Below are positions 18,353-27,928 of a stretch of 64,000 nt of DNA, one piece after another. The stretch's first letter is position 1. Each line of letters opens with the position of its first letter. Below the pieces are notes generated by a model. It had not been told where the DNA came from, searched no databases, and saw only the letters and a list, made by a program, of their open reading frames with translations. The position numbers were made by a program, and so were the translations under genes. Source of the DNA: Polyangiales bacterium. GTDB lineage: Bacteria > Myxococcota_A > Polyangia > Polyangiales > JADJQN01. The stretch lies in contig CAXNJO010000001.1 in the NCBI GenBank assembly GCA_964202905.1, positions 416,001-480,000 on the forward strand, given 5' to 3'.

Positions 18353-19896
18353 CGCGCCCCGCGCAAGGGCAGCCGGATGCGGAAGCGCGCGCCCCCTCCC
18401 TGCGCCTCCTCACAGCGGATGTCGCCCTCGTGCTCGAGGACGATCTTCTTCACGATCGCGAGCCCGAGCCCCGTGCCATCCACGCGCGTCGTGAAATACG
18501 GGTCGAAGACCTGCGCGCGCGCGCCCTCGGGGATGCCCGGCCCATCGTCGCGCACCTCGAGCACCGCGTCGCCCGCGTCGCGGAACGCCGCGATCACCAC
18601 GCGACCGCCGCCGTCCGGTCGCGCCGCGTGCAGCGCCTGCACCGCGTTGCGCACCAGGTTGTCGACACAACGCTTGAGCATCATCGCGTCGATGCGGACG
18701 GGCAGCGGCCCGCCCAACGCCTCGGCGCGGATCGCGACGGCGTCCCCCGGCCCCGCGCTCTGCGCCGCCTCCGCGACCGCCGCGAGCGAGCGGCCCGCGT
18801 CGAGCACGAAGTCCGCGAGGTCCGCCGGCTCGAGCCGCGCCTCGGGGAGCTTCGCGAAGGCCGAGAACTCCGTGACGAGCCGGCGGAGCGTCGCGACCTC
18901 TTCCTCGACGATGGCGCGCGCCTCGCCGAGCGTGCGCCGGTAGCCGGCGTCCTGTCCTTTGTATCGTTCGTGAGCCTCCTGCACCGCGAGCTGGATCGGG
19001 GTCAGCGGATTCTTGATCTCGTGGGCGAGGCGCCGGGCGAACTCCTGCCACGCGCCGATGCGCTGGAGGTACTCGATGCGGTCGCGGGAGGCGCGCATGT
19101 CGCGGACCATCTGGTTGAAGGCCTGCGTCAGCTCGCCGACCTCGTCGCTCCCCTGCGCGGGCAGCTCCACGCCGAGGTCCCCCGCGCCGATGCGCTTGGT
19201 CGCGTCCGCGATGACGCCCACGCGGCGCGTCACGCGTCGCGCGAGCGTGCTCGCGACGACCAGCGCGAGGATCGTGAGCGTCACGACGAAGACGACGTAG
19301 ACCAGCAGGTACGTGCGCGAGACGTAGCCCTTGCTCGACTCGAGTTGCGCGAAGACCTCCGCCGTTTCGCCCGCGCGCTGGAAGTCCGCGAACGGTGCCG
19401 CCGGCACCGCGACGCCCACGGCGACCGCTGCGCCCGCGGCGGGCCCGGCGAGCGAGCGTGTCTCATCGACGATACGAGCGCGCGACGGGTCCAGACGCTC
19501 GACGCGCGCTGCGGTGAACGCGCGACCATCGGGGAGGCGGACGACGACGCGCGCGACGACGTCGTAGCGCGCGAGCGCGGCTTCGAGGGCGGCGCGGATG
19601 GCGGGCTCGTCCCCCGCGACGACCGCGTCCCGCAGCCCGGCACCGAAGGCGACGGCGTCCGCGGTGCGTGCCGCGTCCGCCCGGAGCGCGATGAAGTGCG
19701 TGCGGTAGAGCGCGAGCCCCTCCTCGAGCTGCGCGCCGACGCGTCGGTTCACGCCGACCTCGTAGGCCTCGCCGATCGCGACCAGCCCGAACGTCACGGT
19801 GCCGGCGAGGGGCAACAACGCGACCAGCACGATCGACCAGAGGATCCGCTGCTCGAAACGCGTGAAGCGGAACGTGTCGCGCGAGGGCCGCCACAT
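18349..19896 (-). CDS. Sensor histidine kinase, NtrY-like (2 TM, HAMP, HisKA, HATPase)
   Basis: AWQEFARRLAHEIKNPLTPIQL, NLVRNA, DDGPGI, FDPYFTT, GTGLGLAIV. Confidence 0.93.
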   Translation of the reverse strand: MWRPSRDTFRFTRFEQRILWSIVLVALLPLAGTVTFGLVAIGEAYEVGVNRRVGAQLEEGLALYRTHFIALRADAARTADAVAFGAGLRDAVVAGDEPAIRAALEAALARYDVVARVVVRLPDGRAFTAARVERLDPSRARIVDETRSLAGPAAGAAVAVGVAVPAAPFADFQRAGETAEVFAQLESSKGYVSRTYLLVYVVFVVTLTILALVVASTLARRVTRRVGVIADATKRIGAGDLGVELPAQGSDEVGELTQAFNQMVRDMRASRDRIEYLQRIGAWQEFARRLAHEIKNPLTPIQLAVQEAHERYKGQDAGYRRTLGEARAIVEEEVATLRRLVTEFSAFAKLPEARLEPADLADFVLDAGRSLAAVAEAAQSAGPGDAVAIRAEALGGPLPVRIDAMMLKRCVDNLVRNAVQALHAARPDGGGRVVIAAFRDAGDAVLEVRDDGPGIPEGARAQVFDPYFTTRVDGTGLGLAIVKKIVLEHEGDIRCEEAQGGGARFRIRLPLRGAR

Positions 19897-20579
19897 CAGG
19901 GCACCCGCACCGGCTGCGACTGGAAGCTCAACACGCGCTCGGCCGCGCCGATCCGCCGGTTGACGAAGAGGCTCACGAACGAACCGAAGAACGCGTCGTT
20001 CTGCACCGGCCCGCCCCCCGAGTCGGCGAGCCAGCGCCGGATTCGCCTGACGGTGTCCGGGGACAGCGGGTTGAACTCGACGAGCACCGCGAAATACACG
20101 CGCCCGCCGCGGTGCGCGGTCCATGCGCGCGCCCCGCCGACCGGGAGGCCGCGCACCTCGAGGCAGCGACGGAGCACGCCCTCCAGGGTCGCGATCGACT
20201 CCGTGCGGTCCCCCGAGGCCGACTGCAACTGGACGCGGTAGCGCTCTTCCAGGAAATCACGAGTGATACGGCAGGAGAGCGGGGCCACCGCGATCGGCGT
20301 TCGATTGTTGCTCGATCGATACGCGTACACACGCATCACGACGTTCTGCGGGAGGCCGCTGTCGAGCTTGCGGCGCAGGGCGGGTGTCGCGACGTCACGC
20401 GCGGAGAAGTGCAGCTCGGGCACGCCGCCCGACCAGCGCACGCCGAGGGTGCGGCCGGCGACGTCTTGCGCGCGGGCGCTGCGTGGTTGCATCCCCGCGA
20501 CCGCGGCGACGGCGAGCAGCGAGAGCAGCGCGACGCTCGACGCGCGGAGCACGGCGCGCCTGGACGTCCGGCGGCTCAT
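19896..20579 (-). CDS. DUF4390-like periplasmic protein
   Basis: Signal peptide; LRRKLDSGLPQNVVMRVY ... ITRDFLEERYRV pattern; position directly upstream of an NtrY-like kinase is typical of the family. Confidence 0.65.
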   Translation of the reverse strand: MSRRTSRRAVLRASSVALLSLLAVAAVAGMQPRSARAQDVAGRTLGVRWSGGVPELHFSARDVATPALRRKLDSGLPQNVVMRVYAYRSSNNRTPIAVAPLSCRITRDFLEERYRVQLQSASGDRTESIATLEGVLRRCLEVRGLPVGGARAWTAHRGGRVYFAVLVEFNPLSPDTVRRIRRWLADSGGGPVQNDAFFGSFVSLFVNRRIGAAERVLSFQSQPVRVP

Positions 20580-22210
20580 GGCTGCACGAAGCCGATCACG
20601 CTGGAGAAGCCGAGTTGGAACACGCCGACGTCGGTGTCCGCGCGCAGGCCGAGGTCGAAGGTCGCGTCGATCGGCACGCGGGAGAAGCCGTCGAAGCCCG
20701 GCACGCCGAGCTGGACGTCGCGCTGCGAGAACAGCGCGTAGACGCCCGCGGACACGTACGCGTCGACGGCGTAGAGCCCCGAGCTGCCGCGGTGCAGCGG
20801 CAGCGCGTACTCGACGTCGAGGCGCGCGGCGAGGTCTTCGGCGCGCATGAAGCGGATCGCGGTGCCGAACAGATCGGGGGGCGGGCGGCGGTCGAGGTTC
20901 AGCTCGAGCGCGCGCGAGGGGATGAGATCCGAGAGGTCGGACACGTAGAACTTGTAGAAAAACGGCGCTCGGCCGAACACGACCCCGGCGAACGCGCCGA
21001 AGCGCAGCACATGCCGCCAGGGGAGCGGCACGTAGTGCAGCACCGACGCCTGCACGCGGAGGAAGTGGTAGTCCGAGCCCAGGAGCTGCGTGCCGAGATC
21101 GCCGCGCACCTGCACGATCACGCCGCGCGTCGGGAGCGCGGGATCGTCGCGGCGGTCGTAGACGAAGCCGAGCTGCAGCGCCGACACCATGGAGATCCCG
21201 CGCTGGATCGAGAAGTCGATGGCGCGCGTGCTGCCGTTGCGCGACTCCGACGCGGCGGCGGGGACGCTGAACGCGTCGATGTACTCGCCTTGCCAATCGA
21301 GCGTGTAACGGGCGAACGCGCCGATGTCGTGGCCGGTGCCGAGGCTGCCGCCGAAGCGTCGGTAGAGCAGGACCGCGTTGCGCGCATCGAAATCGTCGGG
21401 GCAGTCGGCGGGATCAGGCGTGGTACATCCGGCGCGGGCGATCGAGACGTTCTCGCTGCCGAAGAAGTCGCGGGCGTTGTTGGCGAGCCCGCTCGCCGCG
21501 AACGTGTAGCCGCTGCCGAGGAAGTCGGGGTCGGCGAAGCGCAAGCGCGCGGCCTGTTGGGGCGCCGAGAAGAGGAACGCGCCGCCGAGCGTGATGCCCG
21601 TGCCGAGGAGGTTCGTCTCGGCGAGCTGCGCGCCTGCGTACCCGACGGCGTCCGCGCTGGGGTCGCCGCTGCGCAGGATGCCCTCCGACACGCCGCCGTA
21701 GAGCTGCTGGATGACGAGGGTGTTGCGCTCCTCGAGCTCGATCACGAGCCGCACGCGGCCGCGCTGGGAGCCGCGCTCGAGCGAGAGGTGCACGTCGCGG
21801 AACCAGCCCGTCCCGAGGAGGCGCCAGCGGATCGCCTCGATGCGCGGGTCGTCGACGTCGAGCACCTCGCCCGGCTCGAGCGGGACGAAGCGGCGCACCA
21901 ACCCCGGGCGTGTCCGCCCGTCGGAGCGCACGATCACGCGCTCGAGCAGGTAGCGGATGCGCGCGTCGGCCTCGTCCCCCGGCGTCGCCTCCACGATGAC
22001 CGCGTCCGCGGGCTCCGGGGACGCGGCCGCGGGCGCCGTGGGCGCCGCGTCGGGCGGTGCGTCCGTCTGAGCGTCGCGCTGCGCGTCGGGGGCCGCGGTG
22101 ACGTCCTGCGCACCCGCCGCGGACGCACTGATGGTGCCTGCGCACAGGGCGAAGGCGAGCGCCCACGTCGGCGTCGGTATGGCGGGGGAGCGTCGCGACA
22201 CGGCGGCCAT
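20576..22210 (-). CDS. Omp85 (BamA/TamA-family) outer-membrane protein with a single POTRA domain
   Basis: Signal peptide, POTRA (RLLGTGWFRDV..VRLVIELEER), barrel start ETNLLGTG, YDRRDDPALPTRG, LGSDYHF. Confidence 0.85.
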   Translation of the reverse strand: MAAVSRRSPAIPTPTWALAFALCAGTISASAAGAQDVTAAPDAQRDAQTDAPPDAAPTAPAAASPEPADAVIVEATPGDEADARIRYLLERVIVRSDGRTRPGLVRRFVPLEPGEVLDVDDPRIEAIRWRLLGTGWFRDVHLSLERGSQRGRVRLVIELEERNTLVIQQLYGGVSEGILRSGDPSADAVGYAGAQLAETNLLGTGITLGGAFLFSAPQQAARLRFADPDFLGSGYTFAASGLANNARDFFGSENVSIARAGCTTPDPADCPDDFDARNAVLLYRRFGGSLGTGHDIGAFARYTLDWQGEYIDAFSVPAAASESRNGSTRAIDFSIQRGISMVSALQLGFVYDRRDDPALPTRGVIVQVRGDLGTQLLGSDYHFLRVQASVLHYVPLPWRHVLRFGAFAGVVFGRAPFFYKFYVSDLSDLIPSRALELNLDRRPPPDLFGTAIRFMRAEDLAARLDVEYALPLHRGSSGLYAVDAYVSAGVYALFSQRDVQLGVPGFDGFSRVPIDATFDLGLRADTDVGVFQLGFSSVIGFVQP

Positions 22211-22299
22211 CCTAGAGCACGGAGACGAACGAATCGCGGGTGTTCATTCGGGTTTTCGTGCCGTCGGCGGCACCTCGCGGCACGGGTGTGCCGCGCGAT

Positions 22300-23460
22300 T
22301 CAGCGCGCCCGGAGGAGGACGCCCGCGAACGCCGCGAGCGCCGCGAGCGCGAGGACCAGGCCACCGACGAAGCCGGCGAGCGCGCGGCGGTCGGTCGGCG
22401 CGGCGTGCGCACGGGGGCGCGCGACCTGCGACGGGATGGCTGCGACGCGGCGCGCATGCGCCCCGGCGAGCGGGGCGATCTCCTCTGTGACGTAAACGAT
22501 ACGTACGGTCGCCTCGCGGGGCGCGCGCGCCGGCGGCGGCACGGAAGGGGCCCGCACGGCGGGCTGCGCCTGCGGCGGCGAGGAGCGCGCCGGCGCGCGA
22601 CGCTTCTCCGCCTCGTCGACGATGGCGCCGAGCGTCGTCTCCACGACGCGCAAGAAACGCTGCCCGGTGTCGTCACGGCGGCGCGCGCGGGCATGCGGGA
22701 GCGGAACCGTCGCGTCCTCGCGACCGCGAGCGCGGCGCGCGGCGATCTCACCGCTGGCCACCTCGGCGGCCAGCGCGCCCTCCCCCGCGGCGCCCTCGCG
22801 AATCGCCGCGGCACCGTGGGCACGCGCGTCCGACGTCGCCGCCCGGAGCGCCCCTCGTGTCTCCGTCACAGCGCCCTCCGCGCCCGCCACGAACGACGGC
22901 TCGGCGTCGTCGGTGTCCCCCGCGCCGGGCGCCGGACGTGCGGGTTGCGCCGGACCGGGAGGGAGCTCGGCCTCGATGTGGAACGTGCCGCTCTCCCACG
23001 CGAAGACCGCGCTGAGATCGCCCTCGCCGCGCCCGACGAGCTGGATCTCGACGAGCTCGCCCCGCTCGTAGCGGGCCTCGGCGCGCTCGTCGGCGCGCGT
23101 GAGTGTGAGGCGCCCGCTGAGGCCAGCGCGCTCGCACCAGCCCATCAGATCGGCCGGGATGTGCACGGCGAGCGAACCGGAGCGCGTGCGCGCGTCGCCC
23201 TGCGACACGGGCAGCGACGGGAGCCGCTCCCGCACCTCGTAGCGCCCGCTCTGCGCGTCGAGCAGCGCCTCGAGCGGGTCGGGTTCACCCGGCGCCGACG
23301 CAGGCTCGACGAGGGCCCCCGCGAGCAGCGCGACCTCGCGCCAGGCGCCGTCGTGCTCGAAGCGCAGCACGCCCGAGATCCGCCGCGCTTCGAGGTCGCG
23401 CAGGAGCACGCCGACACCCCCGGCGGAGAATTCACCTTCCAGAACGACGTCGCCCGCCAT
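22300..23460 (-). CDS. DUF4388-like domain protein with low-complexity linker and C-terminal TM
   Basis: Repeated L..LE....SGxLxL...G.L motif (ISGVLRF; LSGRLTL...FAWESGTF); C-terminal hydrophobic helix. Confidence 0.55.
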   Translation of the reverse strand: MAGDVVLEGEFSAGGVGVLLRDLEARRISGVLRFEHDGAWREVALLAGALVEPASAPGEPDPLEALLDAQSGRYEVRERLPSLPVSQGDARTRSGSLAVHIPADLMGWCERAGLSGRLTLTRADERAEARYERGELVEIQLVGRGEGDLSAVFAWESGTFHIEAELPPGPAQPARPAPGAGDTDDAEPSFVAGAEGAVTETRGALRAATSDARAHGAAAIREGAAGEGALAAEVASGEIAARRARGREDATVPLPHARARRRDDTGQRFLRVVETTLGAIVDEAEKRRAPARSSPPQAQPAVRAPSVPPPARAPREATVRIVYVTEEIAPLAGAHARRVAAIPSQVARPRAHAAPTDRRALAGFVGGLVLALAALAAFAGVLLRAR

Positions 23461-23535
23461 CGCCGACGAGTGTCGACGATGCGCGGGCGACAAGCAACGA
23501 ACCCGGAGCGCAGGGCCCATGCGGGCCCCGTCTGC

Positions 23536-24795
23536 TCACGGGAAGATGTCGCGCTCCTTGTAGGCCGCCGCGAGCTTCTGAAGCGCGAGGCCGTAGGCCG
23601 CGACGCGCATCGAGGTGCCATGCTCGCGCGCGAAGTTCCGTGTGCGGTGGTACGCGCGCTTCATCGCCGTCTCGAGCCGCGCGTCGACCTCCTCGAGCTC
23701 CCACGTCTCCGAGCGCTTGTTCTGGATCCACTCGTAGTAGCTGACCGTCACGCCGCCCGCGTTCGCGAGCACGTCCGGCAGGATGTCGATGCCGCGCTGG
23801 AGCAGGATGTTCTCGCCCTCGGGCGTCGTCGGGCCGTTCGCGCCCTCGGCGACGAGCCGCACCTGGAGCATCCGCGCCTCGTCGACGCCGACCTGGTTCT
23901 CGAGCGCGCAGGGCGCGAAGAGATCGGCCTTCACGGCGAAGAACTCCTCGCGCGTGACGGGCTGCCCGCCCTCGTAGCCCGCGATCGCGCCCGTGCGCTT
24001 CACGTGGTCCATGAGCTTGTGCGGGTTGAAGCCCTCGGGGTTGTAGAGGTAGCCGCTGTGATCACCGACGGCGATCGTCGAGACGCCGAGCTTCGAGAGC
24101 AGCAGGCCCGTGTGCCCGCCGACGTTGCCGAAGCCCTGGATGATCGCGGTCTTGCCCTCGAGCGGGAAGCTCTTCTCGCGCGCCCACTCGGTCACGCAGT
24201 GGATCAGGCCCTGCGCCGTCGCCTTCTCGCGGCCGTTCGATCCGCCGACGGCGAGCGACTTGCCCGTGACGACGCGCTTCTGCGCGTTCTTCTCCACGTG
24301 GCCGACCGTGTTCATGTACGTGTCCATCATCCACGCCATGATCTGGCCGTTGGTGCCGACGTCGGGCGCGGGGATGTCGTACTCGGGCCCGATGTTCGCG
24401 CCGAGCGCGTGCGTGAAGCGCCGCGTGACGCGCATGAGCTCACCGCTCGAGAGCTCGCGCGGGTTGAACTTCACGCCGCCCTTGCCGCCGCCGAAGGGGA
24501 TGTCCATCAGCGCGCACTTCCACGTCATCATGGCGGCGAGCGCCTTGGTGTCGTCGAGCGTGACGTTCTCGTGGTAGCGGATGCCGCCCTTGAAGGGCCC
24601 GAGCATGTTGTTGTGCTGGATGCGGTAGCCCTTGAAGAGCCGCACCTCGCCGTTGTCCATGCGCACCGGGAAGTGAACGATGATCTCGTTCTTCGGCTGC
24701 GAGAGAATCAGCGCGACGTGCTTCGGGAGATCGCACGCCTTCGCTGCCTGATCGAGATAGCCCTGGATGACCTTGAAAAACTCGAACTCGGCCAT
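23536..24795 (-). CDS. gdhA: Glu/Leu/Phe/Val dehydrogenase (glutamate dehydrogenase)
   Basis: GYRIQHN, GPFKGGIRYH, MTWKCA, PFGGGKGG, DIPAPDVGT, IQGFGNVG, EGANGP, LANAGGVTVSYYEW. Confidence 0.9.
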   Translation of the reverse strand: MAEFEFFKVIQGYLDQAAKACDLPKHVALILSQPKNEIIVHFPVRMDNGEVRLFKGYRIQHNNMLGPFKGGIRYHENVTLDDTKALAAMMTWKCALMDIPFGGGKGGVKFNPRELSSGELMRVTRRFTHALGANIGPEYDIPAPDVGTNGQIMAWMMDTYMNTVGHVEKNAQKRVVTGKSLAVGGSNGREKATAQGLIHCVTEWAREKSFPLEGKTAIIQGFGNVGGHTGLLLSKLGVSTIAVGDHSGYLYNPEGFNPHKLMDHVKRTGAIAGYEGGQPVTREEFFAVKADLFAPCALENQVGVDEARMLQVRLVAEGANGPTTPEGENILLQRGIDILPDVLANAGGVTVSYYEWIQNKRSETWELEEVDARLETAMKRAYHRTRNFAREHGTSMRVAAYGLALQKLAAAYKERDIFP

Positions 24796-24950
24796 GGTGG
24801 TCCGGCTCCTTTGGGGCGCGCGCGCGGCAATCGCTGCCGGGCGGCGTCGGCGGCAGCTTGATGTCACGCGATTTCGGGGCGCGCCACGACGCAGCGCGTT
24901 GAACGGCCGGCCGCCGCGACACCCGTCGAACGGGTCGCGAGCCGGCGCGG

Positions 24951-25790
24951 TCAGCGCGCGTCGAGCAGCAGGGTAGCGTAGAGCCAGGTCGCGGCGCTCG
25001 TGAAGACGAGCGCGTCGACGCGGTCGAGGAGCCCGCCGTGGCCAGGCACGATGAAGCCGCTGTCCTTCACGCCGGCCGAGCGCTTGATGAGCGACTCGCA
25101 GAGGTCGCCCGCCTGACCGAGCGCGCCGGCGACGACCGCGAGCACGACGCCGTCGACGAGCGGCAGCGCCTGCAAATACCAGAAATGGGCGCAGAGCGCG
25201 CCGAGCACGCTGCCCGCGAGGCCGCCGATCGAGCCCTCGATCGTCTTCTTCGGCGAGACCTTCTCGTAGAGCTTGTGCTTGCCGAACGCGCGGCCCGCGA
25301 AGTAGCCGCCCGTGTCACCCCACCAGGCGAGCATCATCGTCAGCACCACCCAGCCGCCGCCGTTGTCACGCAGGTGCAGGCGACCGAGCGTCGCGAGCAT
25401 GCCGACGTAGAGCGGGCCGGCGATCGTCCACGCGATGCGCCGATCGGCCTCGTCGATCGGGTCCGGGCGCGCGAGCGAGAGCAGCAGCCCGCACATCGGC
25501 AAGAGCGCGAAGGTGGCGAGGAGCGCCGGCGCCGTCGGGGCGTAGAGCTGCACCAGCGCGACCCCGAGCGAGCTCACGACCCCGTAGGCCTCGAGCACGC
25601 GGTCCTTGCCCATCGTCATGGCGAAGAGCTCGTGCGCGGCGATGGCGACCGCCGTGAGCACGAGGGCCTGGAACCCCCACTTCGGGGCCCAGAAGAGCAG
25701 GTAGAGGATCGCCGGGGCCGCGACCGCCGCCGTCAGGAGCCGGACGAGGAGGTTCGAGGGGCCCTTCGCCGCCGCGTCCACGGCGCTCAC
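24951..25790 (-). CDS. cdsA: Phosphatidate cytidylyltransferase
   Basis: DTGGYFAGRAFG, VSPKKTIEG, GDLCESLIKRSAGVKDSG..PGHGGLLDRVD. Confidence 0.93.
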   Translation of the reverse strand: MSAVDAAAKGPSNLLVRLLTAAVAAPAILYLLFWAPKWGFQALVLTAVAIAAHELFAMTMGKDRVLEAYGVVSSLGVALVQLYAPTAPALLATFALLPMCGLLLSLARPDPIDEADRRIAWTIAGPLYVGMLATLGRLHLRDNGGGWVVLTMMLAWWGDTGGYFAGRAFGKHKLYEKVSPKKTIEGSIGGLAGSVLGALCAHFWYLQALPLVDGVVLAVVAGALGQAGDLCESLIKRSAGVKDSGFIVPGHGGLLDRVDALVFTSAATWLYATLLLDAR

Positions 25791-26608
25791 CGCGCCCCCA
25801 GCGCGCGCGCGGGCCACGCATCGACGGCGGAGCGCGTCTCGGAGACGGGCACCGCGGGCGGGCGGGCGGGTCCCGGCGGCGGGACGTCGACGCGGACCTT
25901 GCCGAAGCGCCTGTCTCGGTTTTGATACGCAGCGATCGCTTCGTAGAGATCGCTGTCGTCCCAGTCGGGCCAGAGCGTCGCGCTGAAGTAGAGCTCCGCG
26001 TACGCGGCGCCCCAGAGCATGAAGTTCGAGATGCGCTGCTCGCCGCCCGTCCGCACGAGCAGGTCCACCGCGCCGCAGGCCATCGACGGCAGGAGCGCCT
26101 CGATGGCCGCTTCGTCGATGCGCTCGGGCGCGAGCTCCCCGCGCGCGACACGCTCGCCGAGCACGCGCGCGGCGTCTGCGATCTCCTCGCGGCCTCCGTA
26201 CGAGAGCGCGAGCGAGAGCGTCATCGTGCGGTTGTCGCGCGTCGCCTCGACGATCTCGTCGAGCACCTCGCGGACGCGCGGCGGGAGCCGATCGGTGCGC
26301 CCGATGCCGCGCAGGCGGATGTCGTTCGCGAGCAGCTCCTCGCGCTCCGAGAGGAGGAACTCGCGGAGGAGGTCCATGAGCGCCTCGACCTCGGACTGCG
26401 GGCGCGCCCAGTTCTGCTCGCTGAAGGCGTAGAGCGTGAGCGCCGAGAGGCCGAGGCGGCGGCTCGCGCGGACGATGCGCCGGACGGCGTCGGAGCCGAC
26501 GCGATGTCCGTGCGTGCGCGGGTGGCCGAGCAGCTGCGCCCAGCGCCCGTTTCCGTCCATGACGATGGCCACGTGCGCGGGCAGCCGGCTGACGTCGACG
26601 AGGGGCAC
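25787..26608 (-). CDS. uppS: Undecaprenyl diphosphate synthase
   Basis: HVAIVMDGNGRWA, LYAFSEQNWARP, ALSYGGREEI, VRTGGEQRISNFMLW, RRFG. Start approximate. Confidence 0.93.
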   Translation of the reverse strand: MPLVDVSRLPAHVAIVMDGNGRWAQLLGHPRTHGHRVGSDAVRRIVRASRRLGLSALTLYAFSEQNWARPQSEVEALMDLLREFLLSEREELLANDIRLRGIGRTDRLPPRVREVLDEIVEATRDNRTMTLSLALSYGGREEIADAARVLGERVARGELAPERIDEAAIEALLPSMACGAVDLLVRTGGEQRISNFMLWGAAYAELYFSATLWPDWDDSDLYEAIAAYQNRDRRFGKVRVDVPPPGPARPPAVPVSETRSAVDAWPARALGAR

Positions 26609-26862
26609 GTCGCGCGAGTACCACGCGCCGCCGGCCGGCGGCAAGACGAGCAGGGCGAACCGCCGCAGGCGCAGGGCGAGCGGTCTCGCGGCGACGTCCG
26701 CGGGCGCGGGGGCGCGGGGGCGCGGGGGCGCGGGCGTGAGGCCGACGCCGCGAGCGGCGAGCGGCCGGCGCGCGAGGGACGTTTTTGCCGTGGGCGGCGA
26801 CATGCACCCCACACGACGGGCACCGTTGCGGCCGACGCGAGCAGGGCCTACGTCTGCACGTC

Positions 26863-27843
26863 ATGGCCGAGCGCGACCTGTACGGAATCCTCGGCGTCCC
26901 CCGCGACGTCACGCCGGACGCCCTGAAGAAGGCCTACCGCGCGCGCGCGAAGGATCTGCACCCCGACCGCAACCCCGGCGACAAACGCTCGGAGGAGCGG
27001 TTCAAGGACGTCACCTACGCCTACGACATCCTGTCCGACGCGAGCAAGCGCGCGTTGTTCGACGAGTTCGGGGAAGCGGGCGTGCGGGAGGGCTTCGACG
27101 CCAACGCCGCCCGGCAGATGCGGGCGTACCAGCAGTCCGCCGGCAGCGGTCGCGGACGCGGGGGCGGCTCGCTGGAGGACATCTTCGGCTCCATCGGGGG
27201 GGCGGGCCCAGGCGGATTTTCGTTCGACCTCGAGGACCTCCTCGGCGGCCGCAGCGGGAGCCGTCGCGCACGTCGGCCCACGCGGGGGTCGGATCTCGAG
27301 AGCGAGATCACCGTCACGTTCACGGACGCGCTGCGTGGCACGGAGCAGGCGCTCACCTTCCGGATGCCCGGCTCGGACGCGCCGGTCACCGTGCGCGCGC
27401 GCATCCCGGCCGGCGTCGCCGAGGGCAACAAGGTCCGGCTCCGCGGACAGGGCGCGCCGGGCGCAGGCGGTGGGCTCTCGGGCGACATCGTGCTCACCGT
27501 GCACGTCGAGCCGCACGAGTTCTTCCGCCGCGAGGGCGACGACCTCCACGTGACGCTGCCGATCACGGTCGGCGAGGGGCTCCGCGGCGCGAAAGTGCGC
27601 GTGCCGACGCTCGATGGCGACGTGCAGTTGCGCATCCCGCCACGCACGCAGGGCGGCGCGACGCTGCGCCTCCGCGGCAAGGGCGCGCCGGCGCGGGGCG
27701 GTGAACACGGCAGCGAGCGCGGCGACCTCTACGCGCACGTGCAGATCCGCTTGCCCGAGGGCGAACTGCCCGAGCTCGACGCGGCGCTCGACGCGCTCGA
27801 GGCCGCGTATGGCGGCGACGTCCGGGAACGCCTCGCGCTCTAG
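26863..27843 (+). CDS. DnaJ-class chaperone without zinc finger (CbpA-like)
   Basis: J domain with HPD, G/F region, C-terminal substrate domain (LRLRGKG); no CxxCxGxG motifs. Confidence 0.9.
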   Translation: MAERDLYGILGVPRDVTPDALKKAYRARAKDLHPDRNPGDKRSEERFKDVTYAYDILSDASKRALFDEFGEAGVREGFDANAARQMRAYQQSAGSGRGRGGGSLEDIFGSIGGAGPGGFSFDLEDLLGGRSGSRRARRPTRGSDLESEITVTFTDALRGTEQALTFRMPGSDAPVTVRARIPAGVAEGNKVRLRGQGAPGAGGGLSGDIVLTVHVEPHEFFRREGDDLHVTLPITVGEGLRGAKVRVPTLDGDVQLRIPPRTQGGATLRLRGKGAPARGGEHGSERGDLYAHVQIRLPEGELPELDAALDALEAAYGGDVRERLAL

Positions 27844-27928
27844 TACGCGTCCTCGCTGGCGCAGCACCGAACGAGCGTGATGCGGCGTTGCGCCCACGCC
27901 GCCCGGGGCAATCGGTATCGAATTTGAG

